Shown one piece after another: positions 12,553-25,530 of a stretch of 64,000 nt of DNA. Origin of the DNA: Torpedo marmorata (taxonomy: Eukaryota); contig OZ360220.1 in NCBI GenBank assembly GCA_977017645.1, positions 185,690,001 through 185,754,000 on the forward strand. Direction: 5' to 3'. A program made the position numbers and the translations under genes. Positions within the stretch are counted from its first letter, which is position 1, and the number at the start of each line of letters is the position of its first letter. The notes under the pieces are model-generated. The model saw nothing but the letters and a program-made list of their open reading frames with translations. It ran no database searches and was not told the origin of the DNA.

Positions 12553-14085
12553 TTAGAGTCATAAAGCATGGAAACAGGTCTAGCTTGTCCACGCCGAACA
12601 ACGTGCCCTCCTGCTTTATTCCCACTTGCCCATATTAGGACCATACACCTCCAAGCCCTTCCTATCCATGTAATTATCCATGTTTCTCAAAGGAAGCTAA
12701 TGTACTTTCCTCCACCACTTTGTCTGGCAGCTTGTTCTATGTGCCCCCCACCCTCCAAGTAAAGAACAGTCGCCTCTCAACCCTTCAAAATCCCACCCCA
12801 CTCACCTTATAGTTATGCCCCCTCCTACCCTAGCAAACAGACTGTCACTATTCACCTTATAAATGCCCCTCATGATTTTATAGATCTCAATAAAATCCCC
12901 TCTCAACCTCCCACGCTGTAAGGAAAACATGCCGAGTTTTTTCAGTCTCTCACGATAACTCAACTTCCCTAATCCTGGCAACAACTTTGTAAACCTTTTC
13001 TATACCCTTTTCAACTTTATAATATCCTCCCTATAGGTAGGTGACCAAACCTTTATGCAATATTCCAAATGTGACCTCACCAACGCCTTGTATAACTTCA
13101 ACATGACATTCCAACCCTTTAATTCAATGCCCCGACCAAAGAAGACAAGTATCCCAAAAGCTCTCTTCATTACTGCCATCTTTAAAGAGTTTTGTACCTG
13201 CACACCTAGGTCCCTATGCTCCATAAAACACCTTTAGGTCACTGCCATTAACAGTGTAAGTCTGGCCCTGGTTCAATTTATCCAAGTGCAGCACCTCGCA
13301 CTTCTCCAAGATGAACTGCATCTGCCATTCCTTAGCCCAGTTCCCCATTGTAAAGCCAGGTAACTTTGTTCAGTGTCCACTGTAGTACATGTTTTAGTGT
13401 CATCATCAAGTTTGCACTCCTTGCCACAAGCATCCTTGTCCAAGTCATTTGTATATATTACAAAAAGCAAGGGACCTAGTATTGAAGCCTGAGGCTCCCA
13501 TTGACCCAGTTGTCCAGTCTGTAAAATTTTCCCTCTACCTTTGCCATGAAGAATGCTGTGTGACCTGCTAAGTTTCTCCAGAACTTTTGTGTATTAAACT
13601 CCAATCACAGCTTCTTCAGACTTTCTTGTTTAACTCCTCTACCAACACTCTCTGACACCTATCAATAGGTCAAATTCTTATCCAATTGGCTAACTGGCCT
13701 CCAATCATATGTGCCCTCATACCAACCTATCATGTGGGACCTTATCAAATGATATACTAAAATCCATATATTATAAACTGCCTTGCCCTTGTCTACCCTC
13801 TTTGTCACCTCTTCAAAAAAATCTATCATATTCATGAGTCATGATTTCCAACATCGAATCCATGCTGCCTCTCCTTAATTTTCCCCGATCATCAAAAAGT
13901 TTATACTGTAGACTCTATCTCTCAGAACCCTCTCCAGCAGTTTTGCTACCATGGACTAACACGTCTGTAGTTACCCGGATTATCCTTTCAGCCCTTTTTA
14001 CATAATGGCTCCACATTTGCCATCCACCAGTTCTCCAGAACTTCTGTCCTCAGCGTTGAGTTAAAAATGTTTGCCAAGGCCCCAG
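12553..14085 (-). mobile_element. Decayed CR1 LINE 3' fragment
   Basis: ORF fragments LFVIYTNDLD..DDTK, LYKALVRSHLEYC..WSP, LSYRERL..LGMFSL..RLRGDFIEIYKI. Confidence 0.88.
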
Positions 14086-14117
14086 TGTTCTTCATCCGAT
14101 TGTTTTTTTTTTACTAC

Positions 14118-14495
14118 AGTAGCATAATGATCAGGTTACTGGATTGTTAACCAGAATTCTAGACTAATAATCTGGAGTAATGGGTTCAAATCACACCTCA
14201 GCATCGAGGAAACTTAAATTTAATCAATCCAGAATAAATATTTACAGTTTGTCATGGTGACTTCAAACCTATTGGATTGCGGTTAAAACCCATCTAGTTT
14301 ATTAATGTTCCTTAAAGAAGGAAATCTGCTGAATTTATGTGATTGGTGTTACAGCCAGAACAATATCAATGCGGTTGACTTTTAACTGCCCTCTGAAATG
14401 GCCCAGTAAGCCACTAAGTTCAAGGGTAATTAAGGATGAGCAATGAATGTTAGCTTTGCCAGCAACATCAACAATCTTATGAAGGAATAAATAAA
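14118..14495 (+). mobile_element. Old tRNA-derived SINE with LINE-like tail
   Basis: B-box-like gggttcaaatc, body aaaacccatctagtt..gaaggaaatctgc, tail ctttgccagcaacatc..gaataaataaa that recurs elsewhere in the window. Confidence 0.6.
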
Positions 14496-14768
14496 TATAC
14501 AACCAGATGGTAAATACGCTGTGGAATTATTCAAATAAATATTGAGAGCTTAAAATGATAGATACTTTTTTTGTTCATAAGTAAGAAGACAACAGATGAA
14601 ATTATGAGCGAGTGAAGGGAAAGCTGAGGTTGCAATCAATGGTATAATGAAATGATTTCCAACAATAGATAGCAATGTAAATCAACACTTTTGGTCTGAG
14701 CTACTTCTGACCTGAAGCAAAAGTGAAGCTCCCTGGTAAAGTACCAAACATAGTTTACAAAGCAATTA

Positions 14769-15775
14769 CCGTATATTATGGCGTATAAGTCGAGTCTTGA
14801 AACCCTCAAAAATCTCTCAAAAAACAGGGGTCGACATACGCCGGATATACTTTTAAGACCTTAAAATCAGCTCAAAAACTACTCCACGCCGATTCGGCAT
14901 ATGTTGACCCATGAAAAACCGATTTGGCGTATAGGTCGACCCTGGAAGCACCTCCCCACCGCTGCCGCTCCCCGACATTACCCCACTACCGGGCGCCGCC
15001 ATAAACCACCCAGACATTCTACAATTGTACAGCCCAAGATCCCCGCTCCTACCCGGGAGCCTGAGGTCGCCGCTCCTGCCCGGTAAGCCGAGGCTCCTGG
15101 CCGGTAGGGTGAGGGTCCCGCTCCCGCCACGTAGCCCGAGTCAGTTCCCGACCTGCCGGGAGAACGAGGTCGCCACTCCTGCCACGTAAGCCGAGGTCAC
15201 CGCTTCTGCTGAGGAGAACGAGGTCGCCGCTCCTGCCCGGGAGAACGAGGTCGCCGCACCTGCCCGGGAGAACGAGGTCGCCGCACCTGCCCGGGAGAAC
15301 GAAGTCGCCGCTCCTGCCCGGGAGAACGAGGTCGCCGCACCTGCCCGGAAGAATGAGGTCACCGCTCCTGCCCGGGAGCCGACACATAGCCGTGGTTCCT
15401 GCACCGAGCACACTTGAGCAGCGAGGCGACTTTTTCGATGCGGACGGCGCTGCACCCGATATGGAGAATGGAGTCGCTCGTCGCCGACTCTGGCTGCAGC
15501 CGAAGCTGAAGACTTGGACCCAGCTCCGTTTGGCATCTTCCCGGCCAGAAGCAAAGGTTTTTTTTACTTTTTTTTTTACTTACTTGCTTAATTTACAGCT
15601 TTGTTACTTGGTGATTGGGGTGTTGTAACAAATTTTGGGTTGTTGCTGGGAGGCCCGGACAGCCCGAAAATTGGGGGTCGACTTATACGCCGGATGTACA
15701 ATAAAACCATTAAAATGAGGCTGAAAAAGAGGGGTGGACTTATCCGCGAGTCAACTTATACGCCAAAATATACGG
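14769..15775. mobile_element. Second non-autonomous pogo/Tc2-like element, same termini as 10311-11260, GC-rich interior
   Basis: TIRs CCGTATATTATGGCGTATAAGTCGA / TCAACTTATACGCCAAAATATACGG with TA TSD. About 170 bp at the left and 110 bp at the right are shared with the first copy. Confidence 0.92.
15040..15380. repeat. GC-rich 27-bp minisatellite inside the second pogo element
   Basis: gagaacgaggtcgccgc(t/a)cctgcccgg repeated with period 27 (15241, 15268, 15295...). Confidence 0.9.
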
Positions 15776-16168
15776 TAGCTCAGTTAAATACCTTGCTGGT
15801 TTTAAAACTTACTCAACTTTAATTGAAATGTTTAGAGAGTAACTCCTGCATATTGGCAGACTTCTCTTTGGATATGGTAATTTAGACAAACACCATGCTC
15901 ACTCATACATAGGATGAGTTCAAGGATATTTGGGAACTTGAGTTTGTGGATGCACTAGTGGAATTGAGGATTGGACGAAGCAGAGTTAAGAAGGAATAGA
16001 AGATTTAATACACACGGACAAAGGTGAACTGGATGACTGGGAAGGCTCTCAAGGTCTTTGAGAAAGCATCTTCAGCAGTGAAAAGTTGGATTATTGAAAT
16101 AATTGCATATAAATTGATGAGGCTGCAAGTGATAATAATAATTAATAATAGGTCAATATATCCTAAAT

Positions 16169-16455
16169 GGGCAGCAAAATGGAGCATTTAGTAGAGCCGC
16201 TGCCTCACAGCCCCAGAGAACGAGGTTCAATCCTGACCTTGGGTGCTGTCCGTGTAGAGTTTCTATGTTCTCCCTGTGACCATGTGGGCTTCCTCCGGGG
16301 AGTCCCATTTTGTCCCACATCCCATAGAGATGTGGTCTGGTAGGTTAATTGCCTATTCTAAATTGTCCCTTAGTGCGTAGGGGAGTGGCTAAAAGTCAGC
16401 ATGGAATTGGTAGCGAAGTGCCTGTTTCCGCGCAATGGGTCTCAATGACTATGGC
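16169..16455 (+). mobile_element. HE1/V-SINE-like tRNA-derived SINE
   Basis: gctgcctcacag..ggttcaatcctgacc..tgtccgtgtagagttt..tgttctccctgtgacc..cccacatcc V-domain, with a CR1-like tail. Confidence 0.8.
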
Positions 16456-17789
16456 ACTCTGTGATCAGGAACAGGCAGAGTTTAGAGGAAATGTGATCAG
16501 GGCAATATCCTAGGCAATAAGAATCAAATTAGTTGATGAACAATCCTCTGTGGAAGTACCTGTGACCAGTTGCATTGATTTACTTCTTCATGTGTAAGTT
16601 TACCAAAGTACTTTTGATATTCAGTTAATGAATACAGATTAATAACCGTGAACCTTTTATGGCTTTCTTTGCTTGCAATCTGTATCATCTACAAGAGGCA
16701 CTGTCATAAGTCTAGGTTCCAGCACTGACATCAGGCACATGGGAGCATAATCGCCTCCAGGTCACACTCCATCCTGGGTCAATCTTCCTTCGCTGACACT
16801 GAATTAAAATTCTGGCAGTGGTTTCCCAATACCAGTGTGGTAACATCTTTAACAAATAAAGTGCAGGAGGTCAGGTAAAAACTCAAAACCACACTCTCCA
16901 GGGCAAATTCTGATAGAGGGAAGAATATTAACCTTGGCAGCAATGTTCACATCACAAAAATAAGCATTAAATGAGTGAACAAGGATGTCCTGAAGTTCAC
17001 CATACAGTGATTACATAATCTATAGAAGAAAGGTTAAGTGTGCTTGGATATGACTTCAGCATTAAATATTGACTATATCAGATGGATTAAATGTAAATTA
17101 AATTGGAAACATAATTACAAAATAAAAGATTACATTGGGATAAATATCTTCCTCAAAACTCATTTTTGAAGATCCTTCAACGTTTCAAATATTGTGATGC
17201 GACCTTAGTAATTAACATACTAAAAGTTTCATGAGCGACTATTATTTCAAAAATGGCTTTATCTACTTGGGAACTACTTTGATGCTGGAATGTCAGAATA
17301 ATGTACCAAGCCATTGCTTGCTAATATAGTATAAAACGACTTCAAACCCTTTATACTGGATACTGCAGCAGGATAGACTTCCTCAAAAAAAGGATCCAAA
17401 GTCAAAACTGGAAATTTTTAAATGAAGGGCAATTAAAATTATAAAAATTGATGAAGCACAACACTAAGCAAAATTTAAGTACATTTCAGCTGCATTACAA
17501 ATTGACAGTGTTAAACTCCAGACTACTACTTTGAAGGATAAGTGGGCTATAAATATTATAGAAGATCATTAACAGATAATGATTTTGAAGTAAATTACTC
17601 ATATTGGCCTTCATTAAATGAGATTGTGGACAAATACCAGATCCAATCAGTTTGGCTCAGAATCCACAAAGTACGCTGAGGTCATAAAACATATGTGAGG
17701 AGGACACTTGAAGGAAAAACTCTCAGAACACATGAATCAGTTGGGATAATCCATAGTATTCTCAAGCAAATAAATTCACACAATGTACA

Positions 17790-18900
17790 TAATAAAATGG
17801 GAGCAAGAGTAGGCCACCCAGCCCTTCTTGACTGCCCTGCCATCCACGATGATCATGACTGACAGAAAAGATGTCAAATGCTGGGATCTAGAGCATAAAA
17901 TAAATCACTGGAGGAACTCAGGCAGCATCCATGGAGTGGAGCTTTGACTTGTAGCATCAACTGTCCATTTCCATCCATGGATGCTGTTTAACCTGCTGAG
18001 TTCCTCCAGTCGTTTGTTTTGTGGATGATCTACGCCAGGCCTCAATCCTCCTCTGAACCATTTCCACATCATCTTCAATTTCCTGTTCTTTCATGTTTAT
18101 CTACCTATTTAATTATCTCTGGTGATCTAATGTCCACAATCCTCCAGGGCAGAGAATCCCCACTCCCTGTTGAGAAAAAAAAATTCCTATGCAATTCAGT
18201 TTTAAAATATCGCTCTCCTTATTCAAGACCCTCCCATTCGTGGAAACATCTCAATATCTACCATGTTAGATCTTACATGTTTCAATAAGAACACCACTCA
18301 TTATTCTATGCTCCAAAGGATGCATTATTACTTTTTTTTAGCTGTTCATGATAGGACAGCCCTCTCATCCCTGGAATTAACCAGCTGTTTCCTTTTTAGA
18401 TAACCTTCAATGCTGCGATATCTTTTTTTAAAAATAATTGGACCAAAATGTACAAAGTATTTACCAAAACCATTTGGATTTTAATAATACTTTTCTCTTT
18501 TTAAACTCCCACTCCCTAGCAATAAATGCCAAAATGCCATTTGCCTTCTTAATTACTTGCTATATGTACATGCTAACTTCATCTCATTCTTGCACAAGAA
18601 CACTGAGATTGCTTATTTGCAACCCCAGGTAAGAGCCCTTTGATTCTTCCCACTGAGGTGTAGGACCTCAAACTTTCCTACTTTAAGCTTCATTTGCTAA
18701 CTTTTTGCCCACTCGCTCAACTTATCCATATCCAGTTACAGAGTCCAAATATCCTCATTGCTACATTCCCTCCCACTTTTTTGGTGTCATCATCAAATTA
18801 CACTTTGCCACTTCCTCCACCAAGTTATTGATTATACATAACTGAGGGTCACGTCATGATCTTTGGGGCACTCCAGTAGTGACATCACTGATCCCTAGTG
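17790..18900 (-). mobile_element. Old CR1 3' fragment with a nested short pLTR hairpin (17865-18020)
   Basis: CR1 3' end ggagcaagagtaggccacccagccc and later RT-derived sequence. Hairpin arms ctggaggaactcag..gcagcatccatgga / tccatggatgctg..ctgagttcctccag. Confidence 0.7.
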
Positions 18901-19744
18901 CTCAGTCTTGATAAATTATTGGGTAATAATTTGAAAGAACAGTTACACTGGAACAAAGGTAATTCTTAGTCCAATATTTTTTTTAATGGGTCCAATTGCA
19001 GAATTACCTGAACATCCCTTGTAAGGAATGTTTCCAAAGGTCATCTATGAGATGTCAGAAATGTTACTTTAAAGGAGCTGAGCTCAGATTGAATGAATAT
19101 TGATTTAAATGCAAAACTTAAACCACCAATGTCGTTATATTCTTTGAGAAAGTGCAACATCAAATGATTTGGAAATTATTTGGAATTTTAAGAGATATTT
19201 GATCATCTTCTGAAAGTATGGTTTTATAAGTTATTAAAAGTTACCGAGCAAACTTAAATTTGGCATCAAGACTGAAAACTGACTATCAAGCTGCAAGTGA
19301 TAAGAACTTTTATTGAGGTTACTATTCTATGATAATACAACAAAAACAGATGTTGAAGACTCTTGATCCATGGCATATCAAACAGAACTAGATTGGGCAA
19401 CATGATAATTTTGTCACTTCAGAAGGAACCAAACACTTTTAAACAATTTTGACATAATCCAAATTATAATGTACTACTTATGAAGTCATGAACGAATATA
19501 TGCATTATTTATGAACCCACCTAAATATCAAAAAGATTTGTCTGAATTGACCAAATCAGCATTTGAAGGATTTAGTATCTAAGACCATTCTGTTAGAGTC
19601 CAATTAATTCCCCCATGTTGTTCAGGCTGAAAATCAATTCAAACACTGACAGATTACTGGAAATAAAAGGGACATTGCATTTTTTTTGTTAGATTAATTT
19701 ACAACATACAGAATCCTAGTTGTTGAAAAAGTGGAAAGACAAAG

Positions 19745-19936
19745 ACATCTACAGACAATCGGTGACTCTGGGGGGACTCTCTTTTGCTTCTATTTCTCTG
19801 ACTGTAAGGAATGTTTGAAGAACTTAGGCAATTTCTGCCAGTGGCGAATCTGTCTGCCTTGCAGCAGGCAAAAAGAAATTTCATGGAATATGACACTGTC
19901 TTATTACTATGACAATAAATTGAATCTTGATCTTGA
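19745..19936 (+). mobile_element. 3' end of a non-LTR element with AATCTTG-type tandem tail
   Basis: gacaataaattgaatcttgatcttga tail. An inverted homologous copy lies at 48086-48350. Confidence 0.65.
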
Positions 19937-20543
19937 CATTTCATCATTGCCCTTTGAATTAGATTGCAGAAAACTAACAATCTAAAAGAACACATTGTAA
20001 GCTTCAAATAAAATAATGAACATTTCTGGGATTGTCATTCTGAATTTAAGAATCAAGACCATTTTATCTACAGCTCTACACTACATAATCTCCAATGACT
20101 AGCAATAAAATGTCCTTTCTAAAGCAGAATTACTGTAAATGTGGTTTAAATAACTGAGAATTTTAATCCACTGGGAATCCTAGACTATACACTGGCAGTT
20201 CCCACCTCCACCCGGGGAAAATTAGGCTGCAGTTGGACATTAACTGCTTTGCTATTTTTCTCAAATATATCCTTGAATTTTCAAAGAACTAAAACATGTT
20301 GATTTTATACCTTACTCAAATAAGAAGTTTTAAATTTAACCAGATCTGCATTACTTGTCCTATTACCGATGTTGAAGGAGAATGGATGTTGTCGACAGTG
20401 TTTGGGAATTCCATTAATATTTACATCATGATTGCCCAAGGTTCAACAATTGCTCCCATTTCTAACTAAACAAGGTTCATATTGAATTTGTAAAAACACA
20501 CAGCAGGTCAAACAGTGTCCTTTATATAGTAAAGGTAAAAATA

Positions 20544-20584
20544 CATAACCGAAGTTTCGGGCTTGAGCCCTTCATCAAGGTATG
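20544..20584 (-). ncRNA. Second hammerhead motif copy, stem III palindrome mutated (GAAACTTC)
   Basis: Reverse complement reads cataccttgatgaagggctcaagcccgaaacttcggttatg. Confidence 0.6.
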
Positions 20585-20772
20585 GAAAAATGTCGGCAGG
20601 CGTCCGAGCAAAAGAGTAAGGGGGGGAGGTGTGGTCGCAAAGGCAGGAGGTGATAGGTGGAGAAGGGAGGGAGGGAACAGCAGCGATCAAGGGGAGGAGG
20701 GATGGCTAGGTGAAGGGAGGGAGGAGAACTGGAAAGGGGGAGGGGAGGAGGGAGGGGGAAGTGGAGAGCAGG

Positions 20773-22646
20773 TTAGCAGAAACCGGGAAAGACGATGTTA
20801 ATGCCATCTGGCTGGAGAGTGCCCAGACGGAAAATCAGGTGTTGTTCCTCCAATTTGTGGGTGGTCTTGGTGGGATAGTACATAAGGCCATGGACAGACA
20901 TGTGAGTGTGGGAGTGTGACACAGAACTGAAATGGTTGGCTACTGGGAGGTCTCTGTCTCTGGTGCAGACGGAGCGAGGGTGCTCAGCGAAGCGATCTCC
21001 CAATCTGCACCCAGTCTCTCCGATGTAGAGAAGGCCACAAAGGGAGCACCGGATGCAGTAAATCAGTCCTGCGGATACACAAGTGATACACAGTTTGGAG
21101 CCCCGGACCGTGGTGAGGGGGGAGGTGTGGGCACAAGTGTTGCACCTCCTGCGTCCACAGGGGAAGGTGCCGGGGGGGAGAATGGTGGGGAGGGATGAGT
21201 GCTCGACAGAGTCATGGAGGGAGCGGTCCTTATGGAAGGCAGAAAGGGGAGGAGAGGGGAAGATGTGTCTGGTGGTGGGATCCTGATGTAAGTGTCAGGA
21301 ATTCCGGAGGATAATGTGTTGGATGCGTAGGCTGGTGGGGTGGTAGGTGAGGATAAGGAGGATTCTATGTTTGTTGCGTCTGGGGGCAGATGAGTGGGAA
21401 GTGGAGGGGAAGCCACGTTTGTGGAAGAAGGCAGTCATTTCGGAAGATCTGGACTGGAAGACCTCATCTTGGGAACAGATGCGGTGGAGATACAGAAATT
21501 GAGAGAAGGGGACAGAATCCTTGCAGTGGACAGGGTGTGAGGAAGTGTAGTCAACGTAGTTGTGGGAGTTAGTGGGCTTTTAATATATGTCAGTGGAAAG
21601 CATGCCTCCCGAGATGGAGACAGAGAGATCCAGGAAGGGAGAGTGTTGTTGGAGATGGACCAGGTGAGTTTGAGATCAGGGTGGAAGTTGGCTGCGAAGT
21701 GGATGAAGTTGACAAGCTCATCGTGGGTGCGTGAGGCAGCCCCGATGTAGTCATCGATATACCGGAGGTAGAGTTGAGGGGTCTTGCCTGCGTAGGCTTG
21801 CAGCATGGATTGCTCCACAAAGCCCACAAACAGGCAGGCGTAGCTGGGACCCATGCAGGTACCCATGGCTACTCCTTTGATTTGGAGGAAGTGAGACGAG
21901 TTAAAGGAGAAGTTGTTTAAAGTGAGGACAGGTTCTGCCAGGCGGAGGAGGGTAGTGATAGAGGGTGACTGTTCGGGTCTCTGGTCCAGAAAGAAGCGAA
22001 GTGTTTTAAGACCTTCTGTATGGGGGATGGAGGTATAAAGGTATTGGACATCCATCGTGAAGATGAGGCGGTCCAGTTCGGGGAATCTGAAGTCATTGAA
22101 GAGATGGAGGGCATGTGAGGTATCGCAGATGTAGGTGGGGAGGGATTGGACCAGGGGAGAAAAGATAGAGTCAAGGTAAGATGAAACTACCGGTAGTTCG
22201 GTGGGACAAGAGCAAGCAGAAACAATGGGTCTACCCAGATGGTTAGGTTTGTGTATCTTGGGTAGAAGGTAGAAACGAGCAATGCGGGGATGGGAGACAA
22301 TGAGGTTGGCGGCCGTGGGAGGGAGGTGACCAGAGGTGATGAGGTTGGAGATGGTGTTGGAGACTGTGGCTTGATGTGTAGTGGTAGGGTCCTGTGGGAA
22401 GGGTAGATAGGAGGAGGTGTCTGAGAGCTGTCGTCTGGACTCAGCAAGGTCAGAGCGCCAGACCACAACAGCACTACCCTTATCTGCGGGTTTGATGGTG
22501 AGGTTGGCATTGTTGCGGAGAGCAGAGCGTTCGGAGGAAGTAAGATTAGAATACGAGAGGGGAGTGGTGAAGTTGAGATGGTTGATGTCTCGGCAGCAGT
22601 TGGAAATAAAAAGGTCCAGAGCGGGCAGCTGGCCAGGACGAGGTGT
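20773..22646 (-). pseudogene. Frameshifted Penelope RT/GIY-YIG ORF
   Basis: ORF pieces 21435-22652, 21063-21416 and 20773-21003 lie in different frames. Confidence 0.9.
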
Positions 22647-22890
22647 CTCCAACCAGATGGCATTAACATAGACTTTTCCAGTTTCTGCTAACCTGCTCTT
22701 CTCTTCTTCCTCCCTCCTTCCCTTCCCCTTTCCAGTTCTCCTCCCTCCCTTTCACCTCCCTTCACCTAGCCATCCCTCCTCCCCTTGATCGCTGCTGTCC
22801 CCTCCCTCCCTTCTCCACCTATCACCTCCTGCCTTTGCGACCACACCTCCCCCCCTTACTCTTTTGCTCGGACGCCTGCCGACATTTTTC

Positions 22891-22931
22891 CATACCTTGA
22901 TGAAGGGCTCAAGCCCGAAACGTCGGTTATG
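22891..22931 (+). ncRNA. Minimal type I hammerhead ribozyme motif in pLTR
   Basis: CATACC-TTGATGA-A-GGGC TCAA GCCC-GAAA-CG-TC-GGTTATG. C3U core variant, 4-bp stem II, palindromic ACGT stem III (dimer type) and a bulged stem I. Confidence 0.75.
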
Positions 22932-23731
22932 TATTTTTACCTTTGCTATATAAAGGACACTGTTTGACCTGCTGAGTTTCTCCAGCATTGTGTGTTTTTA
23001 CTTCAACCACGGTGTCCACAGATTTTCGTGTTTTACTTTATATTGAATTTGTGTGTTTCAAATTAGTAAAATACATTTCTCAGTGCTGTTCTATAATTGT
23101 AGAGTTTAAATTCTCTCTCAATCAGAACCTGAAAGAAGAAAGCTGTTACATGAAACATTATTTTGAAATGTGCATGGTGACGATGTAAATTAATTAAATG
23201 TTGGATATTAATTATAAGCGTCAAATAGCAGTGGAAATTGGGATAGAATTTGTAATCAATCGGGAAAAGATTTTTGATGTGATGTTATGGTGGATTATGC
23301 ATTGGGGACAGGAGCAATTGGGGTGGAGGGTGAATTGGTGCCTCTGAGGGAGACCTCAAACAAAACTACTTCAGGTATCAATAAAGCTGGCTTCACCTTC
23401 ACCATGATGCCCAGCTTCTCAACGAATGCCCTTCAGTGCATGAGCGGATTGAACTTCCCACATCTCGTATATAACTTTCCCGTCCACAAGTATTGAGCCA
23501 CTGCATGTGCCTGGAAGCCTCTGTGTGGACTTTGTGAATGATGCAGACACTAGCTGACTCGCTACGTATATTTTAACAAAACCTATTGCATTTAATCATT
23601 CGGTTTTATAATATTATTTCTTGAACATTTTGTTTAAAATAGTAAACTTTTAAAATCTCTATTTATCATAATTCAGCTATATTAACCATGTGTGTTCTAA
23701 TGTTTATTCAGTATTCAATGTTACTTTAATA

Positions 23732-23946
23732 CAATAAAACACCTGGTATCTGGCACCTACGAGGATCGGTAGATGCCGGATAAGATTCCGGTTGCTTGAG
23801 GTTGCATGTTGCGTGATTGGTGAACTAACGGCGAGCCGCGCCAATTTTAAACTTCCATATTTTTTACCTATTTATTTTCCGCGATTTTTTTGCCGATTGC
23901 TTGAGGCTGCAGGTTGCTTGAATTCCGGGTAACAGGGGTTTTACTG
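23732..23946. mobile_element. Tigger-type MITE (215 bp)
   Basis: TIRs caataaaacacctggta / taacaggggttttactg with TA flanks. A related longer copy lies at 56871-~57585. Confidence 0.8.
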
Positions 23947-25299
23947 TATATCACGTGTGTTCACTGGAATTGTCAATGTTGCATTCCAGGAAGGTTCTTG
24001 AAATGGCATCTGACAGCATGATATGTAAAAAGGGATAATTTACTCTACAACAGTACTAGGTACCCATAGGGATCTTCCCTCAAAGTGAGATCTATTATTT
24101 TGACACTGACTGTTATATCCAAGAGCAAAATCACAAAAATATGACTGGTGATATATTCGAAACACAATGTACAAAGAACTGCAAATCCTGCAAAATTTAT
24201 TCTGGATGGATTATCAATCTGTTGCTAGATAACTCGTGTTATTTTGGAATGTCTCACATTTTTTTAATGCACTAAACATTCAGGAAAAATGCAGCAAATT
24301 AATTACTAAGTGTTTAATCTGGGTTTGTTGGGCATCCAATACAGATTTAGAAATTAAATGCTCTGATTATGAGAAATCTATAACGTCAACACAGAGTGAA
24401 AAAATCTTAGTAACTTATGCACAGCAGACAGCACATTCAAGTCGTCACGATTAGTGTTAGACAGAAATCGAGTGAATATCATACAGGCTGATCTGTTAGT
24501 AAGCCTACTGCTTCACTGGAGGAATCAATTGCCAGTGGAACTCCGTGAACATTTTTGCTGGGGTATGAGAGGTGAAACACTTGCTCAACGTGAAAACATT
24601 TGTACGATTTGGTATGCACAGATCACATTTTATCCATATTTCAACACAACTGCAACTGCTTTCTGATGAACTCCCACCCATCGTGAAGCTGGTCCGGACT
24701 TCTGGGCATGATCTGCCTTGGCAAGGATGACATGATGACAACATCAGCGTACCTTAGCGACAGGAGCTGGAGCGATAATATGCAAATGTGACCTTCATTT
24801 ATAACTCCCAGTTAAACAAGCAGCAACCCCAAGGACATGTGAAGTAAAAGGTCCCCACTGGGACATTGATGCATGGCTGACTGCCCTTGCCTTCGATAGT
24901 TTTCAAAGCCCTGCAGATTTCACACATCACTGCTAAGTCTCACTGTACTTACTGCACCAATGCACAACAGTAGTGAATGCATTGATCTCTGCAGGGTGCA
25001 TGCCTTGCAATAAGTTGGGGTCACAGACATCACAGGGCATGATATGCACCAATGAAAGTGTGCCTGCCACCACTTTTCACTGCTCCCTACACACACGTGG
25101 GCACACATAAAGCAAAATAAAGACATAAAATGTTAGAAACACTTGTAAATCAGGCAGCATCTGTGGAAAAACAGTGGAAGTACATGCTCCCAGAATGTTT
25201 ATTTTAATCATTTGTTTTCAAGCAAGATCTGCAGTCTTATTTTTCATTCTCTGAAAAGAGGAATTTTCCCTTATCTCTATGTCAGCATCTTTTATGGCA

Positions 25300-25530
25300 C
25301 ACACAAAAAAAAACTGCTGAAGGAACTATTCAGCAGGCCGAGCAACATCTGTGGAGGGAAAGGAATTGTTACTCTTTCAGGTTAAAAAAAAATGAAATCA
25401 GGACTGAAGCAAGATTTTAACCGAAAACATTGATCATTCTTTTCCCCCACACAGATGTTGCTCCACATGCTGAGTTATTCCTCGAGCAGTTTGGTATTTT
25501 TGCACCAGATTTCAGCCTCTGCTGTTTCTT
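25300..25530. mobile_element. pLTR-derived fold-back element (another partial copy at 25115-25230)
   Basis: Arms ctgctgaaggaact..cagcaggccgagcaacatctgtggaggg / ccccacacagatgttgctccacatgctgagtt. Confidence 0.7.

Larger units (their letters stand above)
20492..23039 (-). mobile_element. 5'-truncated Penelope-like retroelement (RT + GIY-YIG) with inverted pLTRs and 13-bp TSD
   Basis: RT motifs KPADKG, FYLLPKIHK, RPIVS, MDV..LYTSIP, GVAMG..MGPSYA, YLRYIDD. GIY-YIG C-terminus RFAEH..PVANHF..FRLGTLQPDGIN. Inverted repeat 20492-20818 / 22646-~23000. TSD atattgaatttgt at 20479-20491 and 23040-23052. Confidence 0.95.

Noticed and set aside
15049-15628. Repetitive ORFs (GDLVLPGR / AGAATSFSR)
   Set aside because: By-product of a stop-free 27-bp GC-rich minisatellite within a non-autonomous transposon.
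24662-24690. Isolated CTGATGA as a hammerhead core
   Set aside because: No stem II or GAAA partner.
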